Assembly (NCBI GenBank): GCA_045651985.1
Contig: JAZRTK010000020.1
Location: 717 to 64,716, forward strand
Direction of reading: 5' to 3'
Origin: Eubacteriales bacterium
GTDB taxonomy: Bacteria > Bacillota > Clostridia > Oscillospirales > CAG-272
Length of the DNA: 64,000 bases
In this document: positions 9,087 to 20,139 of the stretch, piece by piece
Numbering within the stretch: position 1 is the stretch's first letter
Layout of the letters: every line of letters starts with the position of its first letter
The notes under the pieces: model-generated
Database searches by the model: none
What the model saw: the letters and a program-made list of their open reading frames with translations, nothing else
What the model was told of the DNA's origin: nothing
Position numbers and translations under genes: made by a program

Positions 9087-11177
9087 TTATTTCTTGTCGA
9101 TGTTGCGTTCAAAGTATTCGGTGATGTTGTCGTCGATCACGCGTCGGAACTGTTTTAAGGTCATATCGTCGGCAAAACCGCCTGCGTTGTTGAAATTACC
9201 GCCTCCAACGCCGCGCAAAAGCTGAGCGCAATCGACGATATTGTTGTTCGACCGTGCGCTTGCGTTAATTCTGCCGTTCCACTCTGCGATGACGATGGAA
9301 GCCAGCGCTCCGTTCATTGAAAGAAGCTGGTCGGCGACGCGTCCGATGACGATCTTTGTCTTGCTTTCGTCCTCAAGTCCCGTGCCCATGCAGACGGCGA
9401 TCCTGCCGTCCTGAACCAGCTGCAAACCTGCGCCGATGCGGTACTGCGCGTCAAAGGTCTCATAATCCGCTTCAAAGAAACGGCGTACCTTGTCAACCTT
9501 TGCCGAGCAAAGGCTTAAATATTCGGCTGCCGCGTAGGTCTTGCGGCTTGCGTACTGAGTAAAGTTCTTTGTATCAAGCATTATTCCTGCCAGCATAGCC
9601 GTCGCCTCGTCGGAGGAGAGCTTGCTGCGGCGGAGTCCTACGTCAAGGATCCCCGAAACCATCTCGCAGGCAGAGGACGAGGTAGTGTCGATGTACTCGT
9701 AGTCACATTCGGCGCTGTTTTCGTTCTTTTCGTGGTGGTCGAGAATTATTATCTTTCCGCCAAGGGTCTCGCGGAGAGTTTTGTAAAGATGGGTGCTTTC
9801 TACGTTGCGTGCGTTGTTTACGTCAACTATTATAAGCAGGGAATCGGTGCGTGCTTTTGAGAGTGCCTCCTGCTCGCAAATGAACATTCCGTCGTACTCG
9901 GGGGTGGAGACAAGCGACTCTGTGAGAGCGGAAAAATTTACGTCCGAGGGGTCGTTTATAATGATGTTTGTAGGTTTACCGAGCTCGCGCGTCAGTTTGG
10001 TCATACCGATAGCGGCTCCGATGCTGTCGTAGTCGGGGCGCGCGTGTCCCATTATAAAGACGTTGGAGCACTCGGAAATATATTTCTTGACGGTTCTCGC
10101 CACGCGGGGGTAGTCAAAGCTGTCGGTGCTTGCCTGCTTACGGCGGTCGCGGCCGTAGTCCTCAAAGCGTCCGTCGTGGTTTACGATGACCTTGTTTCCG
10201 CTCTTTCTCTGCTCAAAGGCAAGCTCCGCGTTGTGGAGTCGCTCGGAGAGGGTGCTCCCGCTGGCGGAAAATCCCATTGAAACGGTCAGCTCGTCGTCAC
10301 CGACGGTCAGCGCCTCGCGTATGGTGTCGAGAATGGGGAATTTCTCCTTCTCGCAGTCACGCATCGAAGCAAACGGAAGAATCGCGATGAACTTTCTCGT
10401 TTCGGGCTCGTACATGATGCCGCACTGCTGGTGTATCCACTCGGAAAGGAGCTCGCGCACCTTGTCGGCGGCTTGCTTTTCAGAAACGCCCGCAGCACCG
10501 GCAAAAGCCTTGAGGTCGTCGATCTCGATTCTGCCGACGGCGGCGGTCTCGTACTCAAGACGGCGTTTTAGGTCGTCTATGGTGTTCTTGTCGTCGGTGC
10601 AGTCGATAATGGTCGAAAGGTAATACGCACCCTTGAAAGAGTCTACGGGGTTCTTTTCGTCGCCGATGACGGTCTTTACCGAACGGATAGTCATGTAGCG
10701 GTTTGAGCCGTCGGGCATTTCGTGGCGGAAGGGTAACGTTTTTTCGACCGACTCGGCAATCTTTTCGGGGGTCAGGTTGCGGATAACGGCGGAGATCGCG
10801 GGGGCAGCTCCGGGCATTTTGCTGTTAAACAGTTTTTGCGCGGCGGGGTTGCATTTTACGATCACGCCGTCGTGGTTTGTGATAATGTAAGGGTATACCA
10901 TGCCGTCCAGCATGCGGCTGAAGCGGTGAAGGATTATCTCATTTCTGCTGTCCGAGCGCGCGCGAATGACAAGAAGGATTATTGCCAGCGCGTCAAGGAC
11001 GACCAGGGTGGCTGCCGATATCAGCACTGCCGTGGCAGGCTTCAGATCGGTCAGGAACAGAATAAGGAGCAAGATAACGAAGCTCAGCAGTCCCGCGCCA
11101 AGGCAAAGAGCAAAGGCGAGAGGGAAGTTAAAGAAGCTTTTCTTATTGCTTTTGTTTTGGGTGTTTTCGTTTGTCAT
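9087..11177 (-). CDS. gdpP: GdpP/YybT-like c-di-AMP phosphodiesterase (2 TM, PAS-like, degenerate GGDEF, DHH, DHHA1)
   Basis: GHARPDYDSIGA and ILDHH motifs; yybS-gdpP-rplI-dnaB synteny. Confidence 0.88.
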   Translation of the reverse strand: MTNENTQNKSNKKSFFNFPLAFALCLGAGLLSFVILLLILFLTDLKPATAVLISAATLVVLDALAIILLVIRARSDSRNEIILHRFSRMLDGMVYPYIITNHDGVIVKCNPAAQKLFNSKMPGAAPAISAVIRNLTPEKIAESVEKTLPFRHEMPDGSNRYMTIRSVKTVIGDEKNPVDSFKGAYYLSTIIDCTDDKNTIDDLKRRLEYETAAVGRIEIDDLKAFAGAAGVSEKQAADKVRELLSEWIHQQCGIMYEPETRKFIAILPFASMRDCEKEKFPILDTIREALTVGDDELTVSMGFSASGSTLSERLHNAELAFEQRKSGNKVIVNHDGRFEDYGRDRRKQASTDSFDYPRVARTVKKYISECSNVFIMGHARPDYDSIGAAIGMTKLTRELGKPTNIIINDPSDVNFSALTESLVSTPEYDGMFICEQEALSKARTDSLLIIVDVNNARNVESTHLYKTLRETLGGKIIILDHHEKNENSAECDYEYIDTTSSSACEMVSGILDVGLRRSKLSSDEATAMLAGIMLDTKNFTQYASRKTYAAAEYLSLCSAKVDKVRRFFEADYETFDAQYRIGAGLQLVQDGRIAVCMGTGLEDESKTKIVIGRVADQLLSMNGALASIVIAEWNGRINASARSNNNIVDCAQLLRGVGGGNFNNAGGFADDMTLKQFRRVIDDNITEYFERNIDKK

Positions 11178-11214
11178 GAATTGGACCTCCTTTTTGTTTG
11201 GAGATTTGTTTTTG

Positions 11215-12264
11215 TTAAGAGCGCTTTGTTTTTCTCAGTGCCTGTCCGATTATCTCGAATGCGCCGAACAGCGCCAGGACTTTAACTGCCAGAGCGGGGT
11301 TCATGTAGAAAAGGAAAACGAACAGGATTATAGGCAGACAGCCTATGCGTACCACGCCGCCTCGCCTCTGGGCAAAATGGGATTTTATGCCGACAAGGGC
11401 GAGAGCGGGGACAAAGCAAAGGGCGATATTGTGTGCCGACACCTGAACGATCCCCGCAGGGACGAACAGGGAAAGCGCAAGAGCGATCGCGTATACTATG
11501 CCTGCCGCGGCAGTTATCTCAAGCCGTCTCGACTGCTCGGGGATGTCTGCGGGTGACCCGAACACGCGGGCAACGAAAAACATTGCCTTCTGGACCAGAT
11601 AGGAAAGCAGAACGGCGAGCGCCACAAGCGTTCCGGGAAGGGTGTTAAAAGCCTCGCTTACCAGCCCCTCTGCATTGATGGCGTATTCGTAGCCCAGTGA
11701 TTCCTTCATCTGTTCCACGGATTCCTTGATCATTGTTACAGCTTCCTCTCTGGCTTGTGACAAGGCAACGTGTAAAGTTTCAAAGGGTGAGCCTGTAACT
11801 GCGTAGGAATGGACGATAATAACTGCCGCCGCCAGAGCGCAGGGTGCTGCGGCAGAAAGCATGACGGTGATCTTCATGTCTTTCTTTTTTCGTGTGCATA
11901 AGCCCATGGAAGCGCCGCAAATAAGTGCCGTAACAGGCAGGGAAGCGATGGCAAGAGCTTCGCCGACGCCATTTATCTTACAAAGGAAGGAAAGACCTGC
12001 CACCGACACCGCGCACAGACAGGCGGAGACGACGGCAAAAGGTGTGCTTGCAAGCGTCGTGTAGGCGAATGCCCCTGCGCCGAAGACGGCAAGCACGGGC
12101 AGGGCGGGAGCAAGGGACAGGGCGAAGTCCGAGCCGTGGCAGCCCCAAGCGTAAATGGCGAAAGCCACCGACAAAAGAAGTGCCGATGCGATAGCGGGGC
12201 TGACGGGCGAAATTTTCTTTTTGGCTTCCTCGTCTATGCCGTCTCTTACGTTGTTTTCTTTCAC
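11215..12264 (-). CDS. YybS/DUF2232-like membrane protein
   Basis: Multi-TM protein with central soluble segment, directly upstream of gdpP. Confidence 0.75.
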   Translation of the reverse strand: MKENNVRDGIDEEAKKKISPVSPAIASALLLSVAFAIYAWGCHGSDFALSLAPALPVLAVFGAGAFAYTTLASTPFAVVSACLCAVSVAGLSFLCKINGVGEALAIASLPVTALICGASMGLCTRKKKDMKITVMLSAAAPCALAAAVIIVHSYAVTGSPFETLHVALSQAREEAVTMIKESVEQMKESLGYEYAINAEGLVSEAFNTLPGTLVALAVLLSYLVQKAMFFVARVFGSPADIPEQSRRLEITAAAGIVYAIALALSLFVPAGIVQVSAHNIALCFVPALALVGIKSHFAQRRGGVVRIGCLPIILFVFLFYMNPALAVKVLALFGAFEIIGQALRKTKRS

Positions 12265-12308
12265 GGCCTGTACCTTCCTTTCCTAAAGTTTGGACAAAAA
12301 TTCATTAT

Positions 12309-12337
12309 ATTATATCACATAAAATCCCAATTGTCAA
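12309..12337 (-). promoter_or_regulatory. SigA promoter of the yybS-gdpP-rplI-dnaB-tilS-hpt-ftsH block
   Basis: TTGACA-N17-TATAAT. Confidence 0.8.
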
Positions 12338-12591
12338 ATATTTATAGGGTAAAGGGCGCAATTTGGTTTTGTGCAGAAAGCGATTTGGAAAAACGACCAA
12401 TTTTTTTCGTGCAAAACGCGCTTTAAACTTTGATTTTTGTGCATTTCGTGGATTTTGGCAATACCCCCTTGCGCAACGTTGTAAAATATGGTAAGATGAA
12501 ATGCAAAAATTTGTTTCAACCTTTGTTCGGGCTGATAAAAATCCTCCCGCCGAAGGTTGAGAGCCGCCCATGGGGCAGAAACGGAGAATAT

Positions 12592-15500
12592 ATGAAGAAA
12601 ACATTGAAAGGACTTTTGTTCATCGTAACGCTTGTGTGCATTGTGGCAGCGTTTGCCGTTTGCGTGTTTGCGACGGAAGCACAATACGACTACACGAATG
12701 CAGGCATAGCGGGCGTTACAACATACGTAGATACGTCGGGCTACGACGACATCTACTATTCAAAGACGTCGGGTTGGTTTTGGAACCAAACGACTACGTA
12801 CGCCAACTGGCTGCAGGTCGCCACAAGCGACTCCAGCAAAAAGACGGCTAACGGTGACAGCGCGTACAACACCTTCGGCGATCTTCACTACGGAAAAAAC
12901 TACAAGGCTTACTATCACGCCGGAAAGAAGACTCTCGTAATTATAGGTACGAGTACCTCTTCGATGCCCACCGCAGCCTACGGTGATACAACCAAAACAA
13001 CGACGGGCGTGTTCCCCAACTGGTGTACTCAGAACGCCGATAAGGTAGAGCACCTCGAATTCCGCAACGTGAAGGGCTTCGATTACGCAGGCTATATTAT
13101 CAGCCCGTTAAAGAATGTAAAGACCATAAAGATCGACAACGCCGCGACCACGATGACGGGTACAAACCACGGTTCCGCAGCATTTGCCAAGTTGACGTCT
13201 CTGACCACTGTGGGTTGGGGTAGCTGGACGACCGCAGGCACATGGACGCCATCTTCTTATGAGGACAATGTGGTCGACCTGAGCCCTTTTACTACGCTTA
13301 ATCCTCTCCACACAAACGGTACTGACGTTCCCGACATGATCCTTTATATGGGTTCTGCCATTCGCGAATCTAAAGCTGTGACGAAGGTTAAACTTCCTTC
13401 TTCTCTTACCACGGCGGACAGCACGACCGTAAAATGTGTAAAGGTTTCCGACGGCACGAGCACCTATCCTCTTTATGACGGCAGCGGAAACGTGACAAAG
13501 GGAACGGCCTGCTATCAGATAAAGAATCCGTCGACGAACGCAATTGCTTACACCACAAGCTCTACCGTACCCTCGGGCTGGGAGCAGGTCTATCTCACAG
13601 CAAACGAAATAGCTCCCTATAACGGTCAGTTTGCGGGCATGATACCTTATGAGTTTGCATATAAAGCTACTTCCCTTTATACTGTCGAGATCCCCGAGGG
13701 AGTAACGCTCCACAGGATCTATAAAAAAGCGTTCGACGGCTGCACTTCTTTGCGCGAGATCTATTTCAACGGCACGGTTTCCGATGACTTTACCATTGAT
13801 GCGGGCGCTTTTGGTTCCGGTACGGGTAACGTAAGTGGCGTCAAGATCTACGTAAACGGCGCAAAGACCCAGAGAATTATTAACAACGCACTTTCCGCGG
13901 CAGGCTACACTGACCGTTCCAAGGTCATGGCTTACTGCGATTCTATTGAAAGCCCCATTGTAGCAGACGGCTTCCAGGTAAAGATCAACGGTAACTATAA
14001 CGGTCTGCGCGCTCTGTTCACCTTTGACGAAGGCTCAAAAGCGACATACGCGGAGATGGGATATAACTTCGTTGAATACGGCGTTGTGGTTTGCGCCAAG
14101 ACGGTTGCAAATCAGTACGCATCAAAGGACGCGCTTCTTGCCGGTGCCAATGGGACAACAGTAAAGAAGGCTGTGGTAGAAAACGTTGACGGAACGGGTG
14201 AGAACCGTTGGGTCAACTATAACACCAGACAGTTCTGCATTGCTCTTACTGATATCCCCGCTGCCAACAGTATGACCGACCTATACTTCTTGGCTTACAG
14301 TACTTGGGAGGACGATGTTGGCGGAGAGTATAAATTCTATACCGAGTATATTGCCGCAGACGGTGAGCCTTACGTAAATCTTTACGAGGTGACCATGGGC
14401 CTGTTCAAGAACGGTCTGCTCAACTCCGAGACTGTCAAGAACGCGGGCGGTGATGCCGACGCGGTCATCTGGAGTCCTCTCCAAACGGGTGCAGTGACTA
14501 TTGCAAGCAGCAATTTCGGAACAGTCGGCACACCCAAGAATACCTCTAATTCTACTACATATACACTGAACGTCAGCGCAACGTATAACAGCGACGGCAG
14601 CTTTACGTATCTCGACCTGCCTCTTCACGCCACAACGGGCGCGACGACAAATAACTACAGCTTTAATCCCTCGGGATATGAGGCAACGGCGTCCACGAAC
14701 GTTCTCTGGTCTCTCTATCAGGACGGCGACAATTACGTGGCAGTCTACCGCCGCGACCCTGCGGCAGCGTCCGATGCAACGGCATTCCTGCCCACTCAGA
14801 CCAGTGAGTCCTCCAGTAACAAAAATGCCGTTCACCCCTTCAGAGAAAATTACGGTGCTCTGAATACCAAGGGCCTTTCGGGCAACGTCACGATCTATTC
14901 TCCCGTTCTTTCCTCTGCTAACGCGCAGAAGGTAAAGACTCTCGTTATCGACTACGGCGTAAACTCCACCGAGGGCAATGGCAAAGCAAACGGCTTCGCT
15001 GCGCTTGCTAACGCAAAATATACGGAGACTATCGTTTACCCCAACGGCTTTACGGTAAGATCCTCTTCCGAATCACTTTTCAGAAACAACACCGCGCTCA
15101 AGAACGTCATCTGGGCAAACAAGCCTGGAGAAAGTGCGGCGCAGAAGTATCATATGGGCGACGTTACAGGCACTCTGTCAAGCCTTGCAGACCTTCGCGG
15201 TATGGGTACTATCAACCCCAATGCGGCGTTTATGAAGAGCGGTATCGAAAATCTGGTATTTGCAGGCTACTCAAGTGACAGCCACGTTCAGACTTACTCT
15301 GGTATGACGTCGCTTAACAGAGTTTGGATCGCCGGTGCAGGTCAGACTGCCGCTCCTGCGGAAAAGACCGTCGACCTGTCAGCTGATACCAAGGTTACAA
15401 AGATCAACAGAGAGAGCTTTGCTTTTACTGTTGATGGCTACACCATAAAGCTTTCCGATACGGTATCCACGGTTTCCAAGCCGACGTCAACTACTGACTC

Positions 15501-17910
15501 TAACCTGTCGGCTCTTGCCAAGACCTTCGGTACAAAGCACGTAGCGGTTGACGTCGTTACAAACAACGAGGATTTCGCTGCTTCCTTCTACGACTATTAT
15601 CTGTCCTTTATTGAGACGAGCTACAGAACTAACCCCAATTACGTTAGTGTAAACGGCAAGACGTATCTTGAAATTGCCGAGGACGTATGCTTTGTTGGTG
15701 AGAACGTGCTTGAGATCTATCCCGAGCTTCCCGCGCAGGTAAACCGCGATTATACTTATAAGGTAAGCGTTCACCAGGGCGGCGACTCTGCAACTCTTCC
15801 CGTTTATAACCACACCATGTCTAACGGCGCGGAAGCCCGCGGAATCGGTGCGGATATCTACCGCAGATACAGTACATTCGGCTTTGCAGGCGATCAGGTA
15901 AGAGTTGACATCAAGGTTGGATGTGATTTCACCAGCTACAGTGTCTTCCCTTCCGCGAAGAACTTCCAGTCCTCCTTTGATGCAACGACGGGAACAATTT
16001 CCGTATACCTTGATGAGCCCGATTACTTCGCGATCCGTCTTGACGACGATGATAACTCTATTATTTCCATCTTCGCCGAGAATCCCGAATATCCCCACGT
16101 TACAAATCTTGTAAACGGTAAGGGCGGCGCTATCGTATTCGAGTCGGGAACGTGGTATAAGCCCGTTCACGGCGACGGAATCACTCAGACCACGTCCGAG
16201 CATACGGGAACACTCTACATCACCACAACCGATACCGCAATTTACATTAAGCCCGGTGCGGTAGTTTACGGAAGAATCAGGATGACTAATACAGCTGTAG
16301 GATCTTCTGTTGTGGGCTACGGCGCAGTCATTGACTGCTTTGCAGATAACAGAATCATGGATATCAGACAGGGCGGCACCGAGGCAGGTACCGGATACAA
16401 CTCTGCCTACAAGAGCCAGCTGGTACACATCAGCGCTGCTAACTTCCTGTATGACGGTCCTACCGTTATGGACGCACGCTGCTATAACCTTGCGACCAGC
16501 GGTGCTAACACTCGCGTCCGCAACTACAAGGCAATGTCCTCCATGCTGACCTCCGACGGTATTCTTGATTCCACCAAGGCGAACGGTGTATACGAGCATT
16601 CGTGGCTCTACGTAGGAGACAACGCGCTGGTTATTAACTCCGCAAACGGCGCTCGCTATAACGACGTAGTTATCGGCACCACCTGTGCGGCAATATTCCC
16701 TCAGGGAAGCATAACAAACGTTCTGGTTGAGAATACGTCCGTATTCCGTTCAAACGATGGTATCATCAACCACTATCACAACCCCAACAACAAAGAGGAG
16801 ACTATCACAATGACGGTCCGCAACTTCGACTGTGTGGACGTTGTCAACTATCCTCGATTCTTCTATGGCTCCAAGATGGGTACGAGCACGGGGAAGGTCA
16901 TTAACTTTGAGAACGTCACCCTTCCTTCCGCCTCCGGTGTTACCAACGCTCACGTGGCAAGCACTACCACGAATACAAAGAACGTGCTTGTTAGGATCAA
17001 CCAGGCCAAGGGTCACACGTGCGGAAATTACACCATGAACTTCGTAAACACCTATATGAACGGTGTTCTGCTTGACGCTAAATCAAAGGCGGTACTTGAG
17101 GAGACTCTCACCGAGAATACTACCATGAAGTATACATTCAAGGCGGTAAGCAACGGCTTCACACCTCCTCAGAGGCAGGTGAATACGGTAAATTACACTG
17201 CAACGAATAAGGTCTACATTGGAGCACTTCTCGTTCACTTCGATGCTGACGTTATCGTTGAGGGCAGCACATTCTATCTGCCCGCGGCTGAGGTTCTTGC
17301 AAAGCTTCGCACCACAGTTCAGCCCTCCACCGTTACAAAGAACGGAATGGCTTACGTGGCTCACACAACCCTTCAGTCCAGCGGCGCGGCATCGAGCGTA
17401 TTGGTAAGCGGCTCAACTCTGACCATTACCCCCGTTGCTCCTTCCTCTACCACCAACCTTATCGTCCAGAATGCGGGACTTATAACACGTGAGTACGAGG
17501 CCGTCTGCTACATGATCGACCTGGTACAAAAGGACGGTGTGATGTACGGTTATCCCACAGGTTCCCAGTATAACGGCGGTATCTGCTATAACATGACCGA
17601 GGAGATCAAAATGTACGGCGCAGGCACTTACAAGATCTCTATGAAGGCTATGTGTAAGATAAACGACGGCGGTTCCTACACGACCGGACGCATTGTCTTC
17701 GATTACGAGTATAAGGACGCGGTAAAAACCGACAAGCGAACCGACATTACTCTGACCGGCGATTGGGTAGAGTACACATACGAGGTCACCGTTACTCAGT
17801 CTATGATTGATAATGCAATCACCTTTGGTAACGTCGGCTTTGTTGCAACAGGCGCGGTACCTGTTCAGTACTTTGCGATCAAGGATATGGCCGTAACGAA
17901 AATAAGCTAA
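12592..17910 (+). CDS. Large secreted multidomain protein (1772 aa): signal peptide, BspA-like LRRs, beta-helix GH-like domain, C-terminal CBM-like beta-sandwich
   Basis: GGAGA RBS before MKKTLKGLLFIV..AFAVCVFA; LRR5-type KKAFDGCTSLREIYF; TSDGI..GDNALV..IGTTCAAIFPQ shared with 2..1708; DITLTGDWVEYTYEVTV tail. Confidence 0.85.
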   Translation: MKKTLKGLLFIVTLVCIVAAFAVCVFATEAQYDYTNAGIAGVTTYVDTSGYDDIYYSKTSGWFWNQTTTYANWLQVATSDSSKKTANGDSAYNTFGDLHYGKNYKAYYHAGKKTLVIIGTSTSSMPTAAYGDTTKTTTGVFPNWCTQNADKVEHLEFRNVKGFDYAGYIISPLKNVKTIKIDNAATTMTGTNHGSAAFAKLTSLTTVGWGSWTTAGTWTPSSYEDNVVDLSPFTTLNPLHTNGTDVPDMILYMGSAIRESKAVTKVKLPSSLTTADSTTVKCVKVSDGTSTYPLYDGSGNVTKGTACYQIKNPSTNAIAYTTSSTVPSGWEQVYLTANEIAPYNGQFAGMIPYEFAYKATSLYTVEIPEGVTLHRIYKKAFDGCTSLREIYFNGTVSDDFTIDAGAFGSGTGNVSGVKIYVNGAKTQRIINNALSAAGYTDRSKVMAYCDSIESPIVADGFQVKINGNYNGLRALFTFDEGSKATYAEMGYNFVEYGVVVCAKTVANQYASKDALLAGANGTTVKKAVVENVDGTGENRWVNYNTRQFCIALTDIPAANSMTDLYFLAYSTWEDDVGGEYKFYTEYIAADGEPYVNLYEVTMGLFKNGLLNSETVKNAGGDADAVIWSPLQTGAVTIASSNFGTVGTPKNTSNSTTYTLNVSATYNSDGSFTYLDLPLHATTGATTNNYSFNPSGYEATASTNVLWSLYQDGDNYVAVYRRDPAAASDATAFLPTQTSESSSNKNAVHPFRENYGALNTKGLSGNVTIYSPVLSSANAQKVKTLVIDYGVNSTEGNGKANGFAALANAKYTETIVYPNGFTVRSSSESLFRNNTALKNVIWANKPGESAAQKYHMGDVTGTLSSLADLRGMGTINPNAAFMKSGIENLVFAGYSSDSHVQTYSGMTSLNRVWIAGAGQTAAPAEKTVDLSADTKVTKINRESFAFTVDGYTIKLSDTVSTVSKPTSTTDSNLSALAKTFGTKHVAVDVVTNNEDFAASFYDYYLSFIETSYRTNPNYVSVNGKTYLEIAEDVCFVGENVLEIYPELPAQVNRDYTYKVSVHQGGDSATLPVYNHTMSNGAEARGIGADIYRRYSTFGFAGDQVRVDIKVGCDFTSYSVFPSAKNFQSSFDATTGTISVYLDEPDYFAIRLDDDDNSIISIFAENPEYPHVTNLVNGKGGAIVFESGTWYKPVHGDGITQTTSEHTGTLYITTTDTAIYIKPGAVVYGRIRMTNTAVGSSVVGYGAVIDCFADNRIMDIRQGGTEAGTGYNSAYKSQLVHISAANFLYDGPTVMDARCYNLATSGANTRVRNYKAMSSMLTSDGILDSTKANGVYEHSWLYVGDNALVINSANGARYNDVVIGTTCAAIFPQGSITNVLVENTSVFRSNDGIINHYHNPNNKEETITMTVRNFDCVDVVNYPRFFYGSKMGTSTGKVINFENVTLPSASGVTNAHVASTTTNTKNVLVRINQAKGHTCGNYTMNFVNTYMNGVLLDAKSKAVLEETLTENTTMKYTFKAVSNGFTPPQRQVNTVNYTATNKVYIGALLVHFDADVIVEGSTFYLPAAEVLAKLRTTVQPSTVTKNGMAYVAHTTLQSSGAASSVLVSGSTLTITPVAPSSTTNLIVQNAGLITREYEAVCYMIDLVQKDGVMYGYPTGSQYNGGICYNMTEEIKMYGAGTYKISMKAMCKINDGGSYTTGRIVFDYEYKDAVKTDKRTDITLTGDWVEYTYEVTVTQSMIDNAITFGNVGFVATGAVPVQYFAIKDMAVTKIS

Positions 17911-17916
17911 AAAAAT

Positions 17917-17949
17917 AAGCCCCACAGGCAATTGCCTGTGGGGTTTTTT
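17917..17949. terminator. Bidirectional terminator
   Basis: CCCCACAGGCA-AT-TGCCTGTGGGG with flanking A/T tracts. Confidence 0.9.
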
Positions 17950-17950
17950 A

Positions 17951-20044
17951 TTATCTTACTCCGAAAAGCAGGTCTCCGTAGTCGGGGAATGGCCAATATT
18001 CCTTGGAAACAAGGGTCTCGAGAGTATCGACATAGGAGCGAAGCTCCTCCATTGCGGGGAGGACGCTGTCCTTGTACGCCATGGCGCGCTTTTCGTAATT
18101 TTGCTCGGATTTTGCCTTTTCGTTCAAGTCCGAGAGAATTTTTTGAGTCTTGTGAGTCTTTGAAATAAGGTCTGTGACCTGATCTATCATGTCCTGCTCG
18201 TATGTAGTGTCGCTGTCGGGGGAAACGCTGAGCACGCAAGCGGCGTTTGACGCCGTGTCGCCCGCGAATTTTGACGCGGCGGGAAGAATACTGCGGCGGA
18301 CCATGTCGACCATCGTCAGTGCCTCGACGTTCAGTACCTTGCAGTAGTTTTCAAAGTAAATTTCGGCTCTCGCGCGCATCTCGGACTCGCTGAGCACCTT
18401 GTTTTGGGTAAAGAGCGCCACATTCTTTTCGTCCATGTAGTGAACGAGCGCCTCGGGCGTGGTCTTAAAGTTGGAAAGACCTCGGCGTTTCGCTTCTTCT
18501 ACCCACGCGTCTTCGTAGCCGTTGCCGTTAAACAGTATGCGCTTGTGGTTTATTATAGTTCGCTTGATGAGGTCGTGGAGAGACTTTTGGAAGTTGACCA
18601 CGCCGTCAAGCTCCTCGGCAAACTCGCGCAGAACCTGGGCTACCGCCGTGTTCATAACGATATTTGCCGATGCGATAGAGGCAGACGAACCAAGCATACG
18701 GAACTCGAACTTGTTTCCGGTAAACGCAAACGGCGAGGTGCGATTGCGGTCTGTGGTGTCCTTTTGGAACTTGGGCAGAACATGGACGCCTATCTTCATC
18801 ATTTCCTTTTCTCTGGAGTCCAGGGAGCCGTCGCGCTCGATAGCTTCAAGGACTTCGGTTATCTCCTCACCCAAAAACATGGAAATGACCGCGGGAGGTG
18901 CCTCGTTTGCGCCAAGACGGTGGTCGTTGCCTGCAGACGCCACCGATATTCTGAGCATATCCTGATATTCGTCGACCGCGCGTATAACGGCGGAGAGGAA
19001 GAGAAGGAACTGCGCGTTTTCAAAGGGGGTGTCGCCGGGTTCGAGCAGGTTGATGCCCGTGTCGGTGGTCAGCGACCAGTTGTTATGCTTGCCCGAGCCA
19101 GAAACGCCGTCAAAGGGCTTCTCGTGGAGCAGGCAGACCAGACCGTGTCGGCGGGCAACTCTCTGCATGACCTCCATGGTGAGCTGGTTGTGGTCGGTAG
19201 ATATGTTCGTTGTGGTAAATATGGGGGCTAACTCGTGCTGAGCGGGTGCGCCCTCATTGTGCTCGGTCTTAGCCAAGACACCCAAGCGCCAAAGCTCCTC
19301 GTCAAGCTCCTGCATGAACTCTTTGACGGGTGTCTTGATGCTTCCCGAGTAGTGGTCGTCCATTTCCTGACCTTTTGGGGGCTTTGCGCCAAAAAGCGTT
19401 CTGCCCGTGTAGATAAGGTCGGGACGGCGGTCGAACATTTCACGGGGCACAAGAAAATATTCCTGTTCGGGACCGACCGTGGTTTTTACCGAGGTCACGT
19501 CTTGATTCCCGAACAGTCGAAGAATTTTGAGAGATTCGCGGTTGATAGCCTCCATTGAGCGGAGCAGGGGGGTCTTTTTGTCAAGCGCCTCGCCTCCAAA
19601 GGAGCAGAAAGCCGTGGGTATGTATAGAGTATTGTCCTTGATAAAGGCGTAGGAGGTAGGGTCCCATGCGGTGTATCCGCGAGCCTCAAAGGTTGCTCTC
19701 AGACCGCCGGAGGGGAAGGACGAAGCGTCCGACTCGCCTTTGACCAGCTCCTTGCCCGTAAATTCCATTAAAATTCTGCCGTCAAAGTCCGGCTCGATAA
19801 AGCTGTCGTGCTTCTCGGCTGTAATTCCCGTCATAGGCTGGAACCAATGAGTGAAGTGGGTGGCACCGCGTTCTATCGCCCAGTCCTTCATGGCGTATGC
19901 CACGATGTTGGCAGTATCGATATCCATACGCTTACCGTTTTGGTGTGTCGCGCGGACCTTGATGTAAACTTCCTTTGGGAGCTTTGCGCGCATTACGGCG
20001 TCGTTAAAGACCATAGAGCCGAAATTCTCAATAACCTTACTCAT
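17951..20044 (-). CDS. glnA: Glutamine synthetase type III
   Basis: 697 aa; [54 protein letters not shown]. Confidence 0.96.
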   Translation of the reverse strand: MSKVIENFGSMVFNDAVMRAKLPKEVYIKVRATHQNGKRMDIDTANIVAYAMKDWAIERGATHFTHWFQPMTGITAEKHDSFIEPDFDGRILMEFTGKELVKGESDASSFPSGGLRATFEARGYTAWDPTSYAFIKDNTLYIPTAFCSFGGEALDKKTPLLRSMEAINRESLKILRLFGNQDVTSVKTTVGPEQEYFLVPREMFDRRPDLIYTGRTLFGAKPPKGQEMDDHYSGSIKTPVKEFMQELDEELWRLGVLAKTEHNEGAPAQHELAPIFTTTNISTDHNQLTMEVMQRVARRHGLVCLLHEKPFDGVSGSGKHNNWSLTTDTGINLLEPGDTPFENAQFLLFLSAVIRAVDEYQDMLRISVASAGNDHRLGANEAPPAVISMFLGEEITEVLEAIERDGSLDSREKEMMKIGVHVLPKFQKDTTDRNRTSPFAFTGNKFEFRMLGSSASIASANIVMNTAVAQVLREFAEELDGVVNFQKSLHDLIKRTIINHKRILFNGNGYEDAWVEEAKRRGLSNFKTTPEALVHYMDEKNVALFTQNKVLSESEMRARAEIYFENYCKVLNVEALTMVDMVRRSILPAASKFAGDTASNAACVLSVSPDSDTTYEQDMIDQVTDLISKTHKTQKILSDLNEKAKSEQNYEKRAMAYKDSVLPAMEELRSYVDTLETLVSKEYWPFPDYGDLLFGVR

Positions 20045-20087
20045 TTTTGTGGTTCCTTTCCATAATTCAGAAAAAAGCTGATTATAT

Positions 20088-20116
20088 TATTTTACACTTG
20101 TTTTTATAATTTGTCA
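20088..20116 (-). promoter_or_regulatory. SigA promoter of glnA
   Basis: TTGACA-N17-TAAAAT. Confidence 0.75.
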
Positions 20117-20139
20117 ATAATTTTCTGTCTTAACAGGAG

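Noticed and set aside
12430-12591. N-terminal extension of the 1826-aa ORF
   Set aside because: It covers the promoter; the RBS and signal peptide point to ATG 12592. Similar over-extensions were trimmed for tilS, rnfD, rnfB, the NusG-II gene, apbE and malQ.
15487-16599. 370-aa antisense ORF that resembles the ORF at 947..1750
   Set aside because: Both are antisense shadows of the two real paralogous genes, which explains their similarity.
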